64,000 bases of DNA from Candidatus Methylomirabilota bacterium (lineage in GTDB: Bacteria; Methylomirabilota; Methylomirabilia; Rokubacteriales; CSP1-6), in NCBI GenBank assembly GCA_035457825.1, contig DATIAY010000122.1:9147-73146 (forward strand), read 5' to 3'. Shown in pieces: positions 18,387-26,557 of the stretch. Within the stretch, counting starts at the first letter, position 1. Every line of letters begins with the position of its first letter. The notes beneath the pieces were generated by a model. The model did not search any database and was not told the origin of the DNA. It was given only the letters and a program-made list of their open reading frames with translations. Position numbers and translations under genes: made by a program.

Positions 18387-19694
18387 ATGAAACGAGTCAG
18401 GATCGCGATGTGGATCACACTGGCCGGGCTGTTCGCCGCGCTGGCCCCAACTGGGGCCCGCGCCGACGAGCCGTGCCAGTCGCCCTACGTGCAGAAGATC
18501 ACGGGCGAGGAGGAGTTCGTCTACGTCTGGACGCTCGGGGTAGAGGGCATGGGAGACGGCTCCGACAAGCTCGTCACCGTGGATGTCCGCCGCAAGTCGC
18601 CCACCTACGGAAAGGTCATCCACAGTGTCTCCGTCGGCGGGCGCCATGAGGCCCATCACGGCGGGTTCACCGACGACCGGCGCTACTTCTGGACGGGTGG
18701 GCTCGACACCAGCAAGATCTTCATCTTCGACGTCGCCACCGATCCGGCCAAGCCCCGCCTGCACAAGACCATCGACGACTTCGTCAAGGCCTCCGGCGGC
18801 GTGGTGGGACCGCACACCTTCTATGCGCTGCCCGGGCGGATGTTGATTGCCGCCCTGTCCAACGACCGCGATCACGGTGGGCGGACGGGGATGGTCGAGT
18901 ACTCGAACGACGGCAAGTACCTGACGACGCACTGGATGCCGACGGCAACCACCAACGGCGCCAAGGTCGAGAAGGTGGCCGACGGCTACGGCTACGACGT
19001 CCGCGTCCTGCCCCGCAAGAACGTGATGCTGACCTCGTCCTTCACCGGATGGTCCAACTACATGATGGACTTCGGGCAGATGCTCAAGGACCCGGAGGCC
19101 ATGAAGCGGTTCGGCCAGACGGTGGTGGTGTGGGACTTCCATGCCCGCAAGCCCAAGAAGGTGCTGCACGTGCCGGGCTCGCCGCTGGAGATCCGTTTCG
19201 CCACCCAGCCCAACCACAACTACGCCTTCGTCACCACCGCGCTGACGTCGAAGATCTGGCTGGTCTATGAAGACGACAAGGGCGAGTGGCAGGCCAAGCC
19301 CGTCGCCGACATCGGCGACCCCGCCAAGGTCCCGCTGCCCGTGGCCATCACGTTCAGCGTCGACGACAAGACGCTATGGGTCGACTCCTTCATGGACGGC
19401 ACCGTGCGCACCTACGATGTGACGGATCCCCACAAGCCGCGGGAGATCTATTCCAAGCGGATCGGCTCGCAGGTCAACATGGTGTCACAGAGCTGGGACG
19501 GCAAGCGGCTGTACTTCACCAGCTCCGTGCTGGCGCGCTGGGACAAGAAAGGCGCCGACAACGAGCAGTTCTTCAAGGCTTACACCTGGGACGGCAAGGC
19601 CCTGGAGGAGCGCTTCGCCCTCGACTTCACGAAGCTCGGGTTGGGCCGGGCCCACATCATGCGCTTCGGCAGCGCCAGCCTCTACACGAAGTGA
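18387..19694 (+). CDS. mtoX: SBP56-family protein (selenium-binding protein 56 / methanethiol oxidase MtoX-like), periplasmic
   Basis: Signal peptide. TVDVRRKSPTYGKVIH, PLEIRF and WDGKRLYFTSSVLARWDK parallel human SELENBP1 (TVDVDPKSPQYCQVIH, PLEIRF, DGKRLYITTSLYSAWDK). Confidence 0.8.
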   Translation: MKRVRIAMWITLAGLFAALAPTGARADEPCQSPYVQKITGEEEFVYVWTLGVEGMGDGSDKLVTVDVRRKSPTYGKVIHSVSVGGRHEAHHGGFTDDRRYFWTGGLDTSKIFIFDVATDPAKPRLHKTIDDFVKASGGVVGPHTFYALPGRMLIAALSNDRDHGGRTGMVEYSNDGKYLTTHWMPTATTNGAKVEKVADGYGYDVRVLPRKNVMLTSSFTGWSNYMMDFGQMLKDPEAMKRFGQTVVVWDFHARKPKKVLHVPGSPLEIRFATQPNHNYAFVTTALTSKIWLVYEDDKGEWQAKPVADIGDPAKVPLPVAITFSVDDKTLWVDSFMDGTVRTYDVTDPHKPREIYSKRIGSQVNMVSQSWDGKRLYFTSSVLARWDKKGADNEQFFKAYTWDGKALEERFALDFTKLGLGRAHIMRFGSASLYTK

Positions 19695-19704
19695 TGGGGA
19701 AAGA

Positions 19705-20403
19705 ATGATGCGGATTGCCACGCGCGCGGCCCTGGCGCTCCTCGTGGCCGGCCTGCTGGCGCCGGCTGCGTCGGCGCACGGGCCGCGCGGCTCGTCCAAC
19801 TCCACCGGCGCCGATCTGGGATATCCGCGCTTCGACTACCAGCCTCCGGCGCCCGGGACCTACGCGCTGCCGGCCGTCAAGGCGGCCGCCGACGGGCAGG
19901 TGGTGGACGCCACCAGCACCCGGCGCCGCCTGCACGACTTGATGGGCGACCGCATCGTCGTGCTGAGCTTCATCTCGACCCGCTGCAGCGACGCCCAGGG
20001 TTGTCCGCTGGCCACCGCCGTCCTGCACCAGCTCCGGGCCGCCGCGGCCAGCGACCCGGCGCTGGCGCGCCGGCTCCGCCTCGTGACGCTGAGTTTCGAT
20101 CTCGCTCACGACACGCCCACCGTCCTGGCCCGCTTCGTCCCGCCGGCTCGTAACGGGCGGGCGAGTCCCTGGACGGCCGTGGTGCCGACGTCGGAGGGGG
20201 AGCTCTCGTCGATCCTGGCCGCCTATGGCCAGCCGGTCGGGCCTCGGGTCGTGGAGGCGCCGCCCACCCATCTGCTCCGCGTCTACCTGATCGACCGCCA
20301 GCGCGAGATTCGCAACGTGTACGGCCTCGACTTCCTGGACCCCCGCCTGCTGCTCAACGACGTGCGCACGCTGATCCTCGAGGAGCAGGGCCGGCGGCCA
20401 TGA
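19705..20403 (+). CDS. SCO1/SenC-family copper chaperone-like thioredoxin-fold protein
   Basis: Signal peptide, with VVLSFISTRCSDAQGCPLATAVL (a cysteine pair in the SCO position) in a thioredoxin-fold context. Confidence 0.7.
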   Translation: MMRIATRAALALLVAGLLAPAASAHGPRGSSNSTGADLGYPRFDYQPPAPGTYALPAVKAAADGQVVDATSTRRRLHDLMGDRIVVLSFISTRCSDAQGCPLATAVLHQLRAAAASDPALARRLRLVTLSFDLAHDTPTVLARFVPPARNGRASPWTAVVPTSEGELSSILAAYGQPVGPRVVEAPPTHLLRVYLIDRQREIRNVYGLDFLDPRLLLNDVRTLILEEQGRRP

Positions 20404-21605
20404 CCACCGGGCGGCGGGTGATGACAGGGGTGCTGGGGGCGCTGGCTCTGGCCGTGGTGGCTCTGGCCACCGACGCCAGCGAGCAGGCGGGCGACAGCGG
20501 GGCTGACCGGCGGGTGGCCGCGGCCCTCGCCCGCATCGCCACGCCGCCCCTGGGACTGCCACCGGTTCCCGTGCCCGCCGACAACCCGCCGACACCGGCC
20601 AAGGTGGCGCTCGGCCGCAAGCTCTTCTTCGACCGTCGCCTGTCCCACAACGGCACGATGTCGTGCGCGATGTGCCACATCCCCGAGCAGGGCTTCACGA
20701 ACAACGAGCTGGCCCGTCCGGTCGGCATCGAGGGCCGCAGCCTGCGCCGCAACGCGCCGACCCTGCTCAACGTGGCCTACGTCGAGCGGCTCTTCCACGA
20801 CGGGCGGGAGATCGCGCTGGAGACCCAGGTCATCGGTCCCCTGGTCGAGCGCAGCGAGATGGGCAATCCCTCGATCGGCCACGTCATCGCCCGCATCCGC
20901 TCGCTGCCCGACTACGCCGGCCTCTTCGAGCGCGCGTTCGGCGCCAGCCCGAGCCCCGACCGCATCGGCCAGGCCATCGCCAGCTACGAGCGCACGCTGC
21001 TCTCGGGCCGCTCGTCCTTCGACCACTGGTACTACGGCGGTGAGCCCTCCGCGGTCGGGCCCCGGGCGGTGGAGGGGTTCCGCCTGTTCACCGGCAAGGC
21101 CGGCTGCGTGTCCTGTCACACGATCGGGGCCCGTCACGCGCTTTTCAGCGACGGCGCCTTCCACGACACGGGCATCGGCTACTACAACGCCGTCGTCCGC
21201 CCGCGCCAGCGCACGCCGGTGCCGGTGGAGCTGGCCCCCGGGGTCATCGCCCAGCTCCCGCCGGAGGCCGTGGAGAGCGTGGGCGACCCGGAGGCCGCCG
21301 ATCTCGGACGGCACGAGGTGACTCTGGTTCCCGCCGACCTGTGGAAATTTCGGACGCCGACCCTGCGCAACGTGGCCCTGACCGCGCCGTACATGCACGA
21401 CGGCTCGCTGCGCACGCTCCCGGACGTGGTGCGGTTTTACAATCGGGGCGGACAGCCTCACCCGGGCCTCGATCCCCGGCTCCGTCCGCTCGGGCTCACC
21501 GAGACCGAGATGGCCGCGCTGGTGGAGTTTCTCGAAGCCCTCACCGGGACGGATGTGGCGCGCCTCATCGAAGAGGCCTGGACACCGGGGCCGCCGGGAA
21601 ACTGA
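20400..21605 (+). CDS. Di-haem cytochrome c peroxidase / MauG family protein
   Basis: Two CxxCH motifs (CAMCHIPEQGF, CVSCHTIG) and PTLRNVALTAPYMHDGSL. 4-nt overlap with the SCO1-like gene. Confidence 0.85.
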   Translation: MTTGRRVMTGVLGALALAVVALATDASEQAGDSGADRRVAAALARIATPPLGLPPVPVPADNPPTPAKVALGRKLFFDRRLSHNGTMSCAMCHIPEQGFTNNELARPVGIEGRSLRRNAPTLLNVAYVERLFHDGREIALETQVIGPLVERSEMGNPSIGHVIARIRSLPDYAGLFERAFGASPSPDRIGQAIASYERTLLSGRSSFDHWYYGGEPSAVGPRAVEGFRLFTGKAGCVSCHTIGARHALFSDGAFHDTGIGYYNAVVRPRQRTPVPVELAPGVIAQLPPEAVESVGDPEAADLGRHEVTLVPADLWKFRTPTLRNVALTAPYMHDGSLRTLPDVVRFYNRGGQPHPGLDPRLRPLGLTETEMAALVEFLEALTGTDVARLIEEAWTPGPPGN

Positions 21606-21609
21606 ATCC

Positions 21610-22560
21610 CTACTCTTTGAGCGTCTCCATCGCCTGGCGGGCGTACGCGTTGTCCACCAGGTCCTCGTAGCGGTGGCGGCGCTTGATGAACCCGCCGGCG
21701 AGCAGGATCTCTTGCAGATACTCGAATCCCGGCCGCTTGAGGACAGGATGGGTGGCCCACGTGTCCTGAGCGAGGTAGCGCTCGACGGCCCGGCGTCGCA
21801 GGTGGGCCGGGATGTCGGCAAAGTCCGGCCCGATCAGCTCGGCGATCTCGGCGGCGCCGTGCCCGGCGATCCAGCGCTGGGCCCGGTACACGCCGCGGGT
21901 GAAGCGCAGGAGCAGCTCGGGCTGGCGGGCGAGCCGGTCGGGCGTGGCCAGGTACGACGAGAACGGTACCGGGCCCGTGGCCTCTCCCATCGAGGTCACC
22001 AGGTGGGCGGCGCCGCCGGCCACCAGCTGCTCCGTCGTCGGCTGCCCGGCCTCTAGGAATTCGCCGCGGCCACCCTGGAATGCGGCGACGGCGTCGGCGC
22101 CGTGGAGATCGCGGATGAACGTGACCCGGTGGGGGTCGACGCCGTGGCGCCGCAAGACGGTAAGCATGCACTGCCAGGGCGTAGGCGCTCCGGCGAACGA
22201 GATCACGGTGCGGCCCACGAGATCGCGCCAGGTGAAGTCCGGCCGCGGCGTGCGGCTGAGCAGGAAGAAGCCGTTGCGGCTGTTGACCTCGGCGAAGTGG
22301 GGGATCAGCCGACCGCCGCGGTCGGCCACGTCGAGGCTGCGCATGAGCCCGCCCAGGCCGAGCTCGGCCGCGCCCTCGATGACGGCGCGCAGGACATTGG
22401 TGCGGCCGTCGGCGATCACCGGCTCCACGTCCAGCCCCTCGGCGGCGAAGTGCCCGCCGCGGATGGCCACGCTGTGCGGCGCGTAGAAGAGCGACCGGAA
22501 CGGTTGGGCGACCCTCACCTGCATCGGGGCGCCAGTATAAACCACCTCAGGGCTAGTCAC
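21610..22560 (-). CDS. NMT1/THI5-like (nitrate/sulfonate/bicarbonate-type) substrate-binding protein, no signal peptide
   Basis: 316 aa. The GTG start overlaps the upstream stop (GTGA). Periplasmic-binding-protein type 2 pattern (..GLDVEPV..G..N..A...G..D.G.). Confidence 0.6.
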   Translation of the reverse strand: MTSPEVVYTGAPMQVRVAQPFRSLFYAPHSVAIRGGHFAAEGLDVEPVIADGRTNVLRAVIEGAAELGLGGLMRSLDVADRGGRLIPHFAEVNSRNGFFLLSRTPRPDFTWRDLVGRTVISFAGAPTPWQCMLTVLRRHGVDPHRVTFIRDLHGADAVAAFQGGRGEFLEAGQPTTEQLVAGGAAHLVTSMGEATGPVPFSSYLATPDRLARQPELLLRFTRGVYRAQRWIAGHGAAEIAELIGPDFADIPAHLRRRAVERYLAQDTWATHPVLKRPGFEYLQEILLAGGFIKRRHRYEDLVDNAYARQAMETLKE

Positions 22561-23552
22561 TCGATGAGGCGATCCGCGCGCAGCAGGATGCTCGGCGGGA
22601 TCACGAGACCGAGCATCTTGGCGGTCTTCATGTTGATGACCAGCTCGAAGCGCGTGACCTGCTCGACCGGGATGTCGGCGGGCCGGGCGCCCTTGATGAT
22701 CCGGTCCACCAGGCGGGCCGCATGGCGTCCCAGCGCGTGCAGGTTTGCCGCGTAGCTGACGAGGCCGCCCTGCTCGACGTGAAACGAGGCGTGGAGCATC
22801 GTCGGGACAGCCTGTCGCCGCCCAGCCTCGATGATGAAGCCGGGAATGTTCAGCGACAGAAAACGGGGCGAGAGGATGCCATCCACCTCGCTCTTGCGCA
22901 CCCTGCCGAGCGCCACCCGGGCCTCGTCTTGCGTGTGCACGGGCCGCTCGATCAAGCTCAGGCCCAGTCGCCGGGCTGCTTCCCGATACCGCTCCAGCTG
23001 GGAGACGGCGTAGGGGTCGCCGGCGTCGTAGGCAAACAGGACGCGCTTCAGCCCCGAGACAACCTCGCGGAAGATCTCCAGGCGCTTGGGCGCCAGCTCG
23101 ATGTCGAGGTCGGCCACCCCCGTCACGTTGCCGCCCGGCCGGGCAATGCTCTGGACCAGTCCGGTGCCCACCGGATCGCTCCCGCTGATGAACACGATGG
23201 GAACGCGGTCGGTCGCTCGCTGGAGCGCCTTCGCCTCGTTCGCACCCCCGCCCCCGGTGACCAGGATGTCGGCGCCCCGCTCGACGAGCTGGCGCGCCGC
23301 GCGCGGTAGCTCGTCGGCGTCACCCTCGGTGAAGCGCACGCCGATCACGAAGTGCTCGTTCTCGCGATGGCCGAGCTCGACCAGGCCGTCCCGCAGGCCC
23401 ACGATTCCCGGGGTGGGGCCCCAGGATTCCGACAGGGCTCCGATGAGGACCGGCTTCACCCGTTGCTGGGCAGGCGATTCCTGCACCAGTCCCCACGCGA
23501 TCACGATGAGAGCGACTCCGAGTGCCCGACAGGCGTGCAGGTTCCCCTTCAT
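22557..23552 (-). CDS. ABC-transporter substrate-binding protein (ABC_sub_bind/PF04392-like), 331 aa
   Basis: Signal peptide. Contains VKPVLIGALSE.., PIVFISGSDPVGTGLVQSIARPGGNVTGV and FELVINMKTAKMLGLVIPPSILLRADRLIE. ATG 23552 overlaps the upstream stop (ATGA). Confidence 0.75.
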   Translation of the reverse strand: MKGNLHACRALGVALIVIAWGLVQESPAQQRVKPVLIGALSESWGPTPGIVGLRDGLVELGHRENEHFVIGVRFTEGDADELPRAARQLVERGADILVTGGGGANEAKALQRATDRVPIVFISGSDPVGTGLVQSIARPGGNVTGVADLDIELAPKRLEIFREVVSGLKRVLFAYDAGDPYAVSQLERYREAARRLGLSLIERPVHTQDEARVALGRVRKSEVDGILSPRFLSLNIPGFIIEAGRRQAVPTMLHASFHVEQGGLVSYAANLHALGRHAARLVDRIIKGARPADIPVEQVTRFELVINMKTAKMLGLVIPPSILLRADRLIE

Positions 23553-23942
23553 TGCCGCGGCGACCCGGATTGCGGGCCCCGCGCCCGGGACGGGACGGGT
23601 TCGCCGGGTGTAGCGGCCAGCAGGGTCTCGACGATCGTCAGGGCGGTGGGGCTCGCCCATTCGCGGACGCCCACCGCCAGCGCCTCTGCTTGTCCGTCGC
23701 GCCCGATGAGGAACGTGGTGGGCAAGCCGATCACGCCGTATCGGCCCGTGACCGCGCCGTCGGCGTCGAGGACCAACGGGAAGCTCAGGCCCAGGTCACG
23801 GGCGTAACGCCGCCCACCGCCGGGCCCTCGCGCGTGTTGATGCCGACGACCGCCAGCCCACGGGTGCCGAACCGACGATGCAAGGCCTCGAGGGCTGGCA
23901 TCTCCTGGCGGCAATCGACGCACCAGGTCGCCCACGCGGCCA
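23549..23942 (-). pseudogene. TlpA/ResA-like thiol:disulfide oxidoreductase remnant: N-terminally short and frameshifted
   Basis: The frame from ATG 23942 reads MAAWATWCVDCRQEMPALEALHRRFGTRGLAVVGINTREGP.. and stops at 23785. The homologous continuation RRYARDLGLSFPLVLDADGAVTGRYGVIGLPTTFLIGRDGQ is in the other frame (track ORF 23549..24025). The shift lies in the G/C run at about 23800-23830. Confidence 0.6.
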
Positions 23943-24509
23943 TCACTCCTTCCCGATCGCGCGCGCGGCCTCCAGAATGGGCTCGGTCGGGAACACGTCG
24001 GCGACCGTGCCGAGCCAACGGCCACGGATGATGCCGGCCTTGTCGACGAGGAAGAAGGCGCGCTGAGCGGTCGTGCTCGACCACTGCGTGTAGAGGCCGG
24101 CGTAGCTCTTGATCGTCTTGAGATGCGGAAAGTCGCTCAGCAGGGGATAGGGCAGCTTGAGCGAATCGCTGAACGTCTTCTGCGAGAACGGATTATTGGA
24201 GCTGATGCCCAGGATCTGGATGTTCAGCGCCTCGAACTTTCCGTAGTCGGCCTTCCTGGCCGACAGGTTCGCCGCTCACACGGGGGAGAAGTCGGCGCCG
24301 TAGAACTCCAGGAGGACGATCTGCTTGCCGCGGAACTGGCTCAGGCTGATGTTGCCTCCCGTCGTCGCCGGCAGCGTGAAGTCGGGCGCCCGGTCGCCGA
24401 CCTTGGGCTCTGCGGCCGCCGGCCGGAGCCCGATCACGCCCCCCACGGCGAGGAGGACGGCGCTCACCATCACGATGATCGTCCCCATCCGGGTCAGCCC
24501 TGCACTCAT
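23943..24509 (-). CDS. Exported peroxiredoxin (AhpC/TSA-BCP type), 188 aa, with in-frame TGA (24276-24278) at the peroxidatic Cys position; candidate selenoprotein (U78)
   Basis: Read-through of track ORF 24276..24509 gives ..GDRAPDFTLPATTGGNISLSQFRGKQIVLLEFYGADFSPV-U-AANLSARKADYGKFEALNIQILGISSNNPFSQKTFSDSLKLPYPLLSDFP..RAFFLVDKAGIIRGRW..GKE*. The frame has no further stop until 23943. GGAGGA RBS and an N-terminal signal/anchor are present. Confidence 0.8.
24246..24264 (-). promoter_or_regulatory. Candidate bacterial SECIS hairpin for the peroxiredoxin UGA
   Basis: mRNA GUCGGCC-AGGAA-GGCCGAC forms a perfect 7-bp stem starting 11 nt after the UGA. The apical loop begins 18 nt after the UGA and contains GG. 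Confidence 0.55.
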
Positions 24510-24605
24510 GGATCGATCCTCCCCTCATTGTGCCGGACCATCCCTAGGTGGCTTTGACGCGAAGCAGCCAGAGTATACAACCGGTGGGGCGGTCGCACGG
24601 TTCCC

Positions 24606-26096
24606 TCACCGCGTGGACTGCGTCGGTGCTCGGCGCAGGATCGGCCAGACGAGCGCGGCGAAGGTGAGCAGGAGAAAGCCGGCGGCGATCGGCTGGCGCA
24701 GGAAGACCGTGGGGTCGCCACCGCTCAGGGTGAGGGCCAGGCGGAACTGCTCTTCCAGATCGCCCCCCAGGACGAGGCCGATGATCATGGGCACCACCGG
24801 GAAGCCATACCGGTTCAGCAGGTAGCCGACGGCGCCGAAGCCGAGCATGACGGCGCTGTCGAAGAGGGTGTTGCGGAGACCGTACGCGCCGACGACGCAG
24901 AGGACGGCAATGGCCGGCAGGAGCGCGCTCGTGGGCAGCCGGAGCACCTGGACGATGAAGCGTACCGACAGCAGCGCCACCACCAGGGTCATGACGTTGG
25001 CCAGGAGCAGCGCCCAGAAGACCCCGTAGACGAAATCCGGATGCTCCTTGAAGAGCAGCGGCCCGGGAGCCAGCCCCTGGACGATCAGGACCCCGAGCAG
25101 GATCGCGGAGATGGGGTCGCCGGGGATCCCCAGCGTGAGCATGGGGATGAGCGCGCCGCCGGTGACGCCATTGTTGGCGGCCTCGGGAGCGGCGACGCCC
25201 TCGGCGCTGCCCCGGCCGAAGGCCTGGGGCGCGCGGGACACGCGGCGAGCGAGGTCGTAGGCCAGGAACACGGCGATGGGACCGCCGGTGCCGGGGATAG
25301 CGCCGACGCCGGTGCCCACGGCGGAGCCGATCACCATGCTTCGGTTCAGCGCCCCGAGCTCACGCCACGAGGGCAGCAGGCTCGTGAGACCGACGGTGAA
25401 CCTGGGAATGACAGCACCAGCGCCCCCTCGCAGGCCCTCGATGACCTGGGGGATGGCAAAGAGCCCGATGAGCGCAGGAATGAAATGCAGGCCCGCCTGC
25501 AGCTCGACTCGCCCGAACGTGAAGCGAGGCGTGCCCACCATGGGGTCCTGGCCGACGGTGGTGAGGAGCAGGCCGAGGACCCCGGCGATCAGCCCCTTGA
25601 CGAGCGAGCTTCCGGCGAAGGCGGCGATCAGCGTGAGTCCCAGCGTCAGCAGCGCGAACTGCTCGGCCGCCCCGAACTGCAGCGCCACGCGCGCGATCAG
25701 CGGGGCCGAGAGCACGAGGCAGACCAGGCTGAAGATGCCGCCATAGACGGAGGAGATGACCGACACGCCGAGCGCCTTGCCGGCCTCGCCACGGCGGGCC
25801 ATACGGTAGCCGTCGATGGCCGTGGCCGACGCCGAAGGCGTGCCCGGGATGTTGATGAGGATCGCCGAGTAGGAGCCGCCGGTCATGCCGGCGGCGAAGA
25901 GCCCGAGCATGAGGGACATCGCGACGACCGGGGGCAGCCCGAAGGTCAACGGTAGGACCAGCACCATCCCCAGCGAGATCGTGAGGCCGGGGAGCGCGCC
26001 CACGACGAGCCCGAGCAGGACTCCGACGAAGCTCGCCAGCAGGCTCGGCCAGGAGAGCGCCTGGCCCAGGGCCTGCCAGATTGCGGCGTCCGTCAT
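24606..26096 (-). CDS. tctA: Tripartite tricarboxylate transporter large permease TctA (second copy)
   Basis: 496-aa polytopic protein with GALPGLTISLGMV.. and GIPGDPISAILLG. Confidence 0.85.
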   Translation of the reverse strand: MTDAAIWQALGQALSWPSLLASFVGVLLGLVVGALPGLTISLGMVLVLPLTFGLPPVVAMSLMLGLFAAGMTGGSYSAILINIPGTPSASATAIDGYRMARRGEAGKALGVSVISSVYGGIFSLVCLVLSAPLIARVALQFGAAEQFALLTLGLTLIAAFAGSSLVKGLIAGVLGLLLTTVGQDPMVGTPRFTFGRVELQAGLHFIPALIGLFAIPQVIEGLRGGAGAVIPRFTVGLTSLLPSWRELGALNRSMVIGSAVGTGVGAIPGTGGPIAVFLAYDLARRVSRAPQAFGRGSAEGVAAPEAANNGVTGGALIPMLTLGIPGDPISAILLGVLIVQGLAPGPLLFKEHPDFVYGVFWALLLANVMTLVVALLSVRFIVQVLRLPTSALLPAIAVLCVVGAYGLRNTLFDSAVMLGFGAVGYLLNRYGFPVVPMIIGLVLGGDLEEQFRLALTLSGGDPTVFLRQPIAAGFLLLTFAALVWPILRRAPTQSTR

Positions 26097-26109
26097 CGGC
26101 GATGGCGCG

Positions 26110-26550
26110 TCAGAGCCAGGGGCTCCGCGGCAGCGGAACCGCGAACAGCACGGTCAGCACGAGCCAGACCCCGAACGTGAGACCGACGGCGGCGCCGAGA
26201 ATGAACAGCGGCGATCGCGCCCCGCACAGCCACGTCGTGATGCCGACGAAGGGAAGGGTCGCCAGGAAGTAGCCCAGATGGGCCAGGGCCGCGACGTAGA
26301 GGCTGAGCAGCGCCAGCACTCCAGCCGCCTGGGCCCAGCCGGGCGACTGGGCGTGCGCGAAGTCGTCACCGGCGGGCTTGCTCTGGATCAAGAGGGCCAG
26401 GGCCAGCAGTGCGAGGAGCCCGCAAAGCAGGAGGGGCACGAACGCCGACCCCGGCCCCTCGGGAGCGAGCACCGGCAGCCCGCGCGCCAGCCAGGCCCAC
26501 GTCCCGGCCACGGCCAGCACGGCGAGCGCGGCACCGACGCGGGCCGACAC
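26110..26550 (-). CDS. tctB: TctB small membrane subunit (second copy)
   Basis: 146 aa with four helices, positioned between tctC and tctA. Confidence 0.7.
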   Translation of the reverse strand: MSARVGAALAVLAVAGTWAWLARGLPVLAPEGPGSAFVPLLLCGLLALLALALLIQSKPAGDDFAHAQSPGWAQAAGVLALLSLYVAALAHLGYFLATLPFVGITTWLCGARSPLFILGAAVGLTFGVWLVLTVLFAVPLPRSPWL

Positions 26551-26557
26551 GCGGGAC

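Noticed and set aside
18387-19694. A possible link between the 'selenium-binding protein' (SBP56) gene and the two UGA/Sec candidates.
   Set aside because: SBP56 is only a family name. The bacterial members characterised so far are Cu-dependent methanethiol oxidases and are not part of Sec incorporation. The gene has no in-frame TGA and lies in a separate operon.
23930-23950. Programmed -1 frameshift at AAG-GAG-TGA fusing the Prx to the TlpA-like domain (..AIGKE-VMAAWATWC..).
   Set aside because: The Prx is already full-length at its stop. The TGATG overlap is ordinary termination-reinitiation coupling. There is no slippery heptamer, and the fusion idea rests only on a short resemblance to GK-x-VLVNFWATWC.
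24572-24600. A sigma-70 promoter for the seleno-Prx (TATACT on the minus strand at 24577-24572).
   Set aside because: There is no acceptable -35 element at 16-18 bp spacing, and the TG is one position off for an extended -10. The evidence is too weak to list as a feature.
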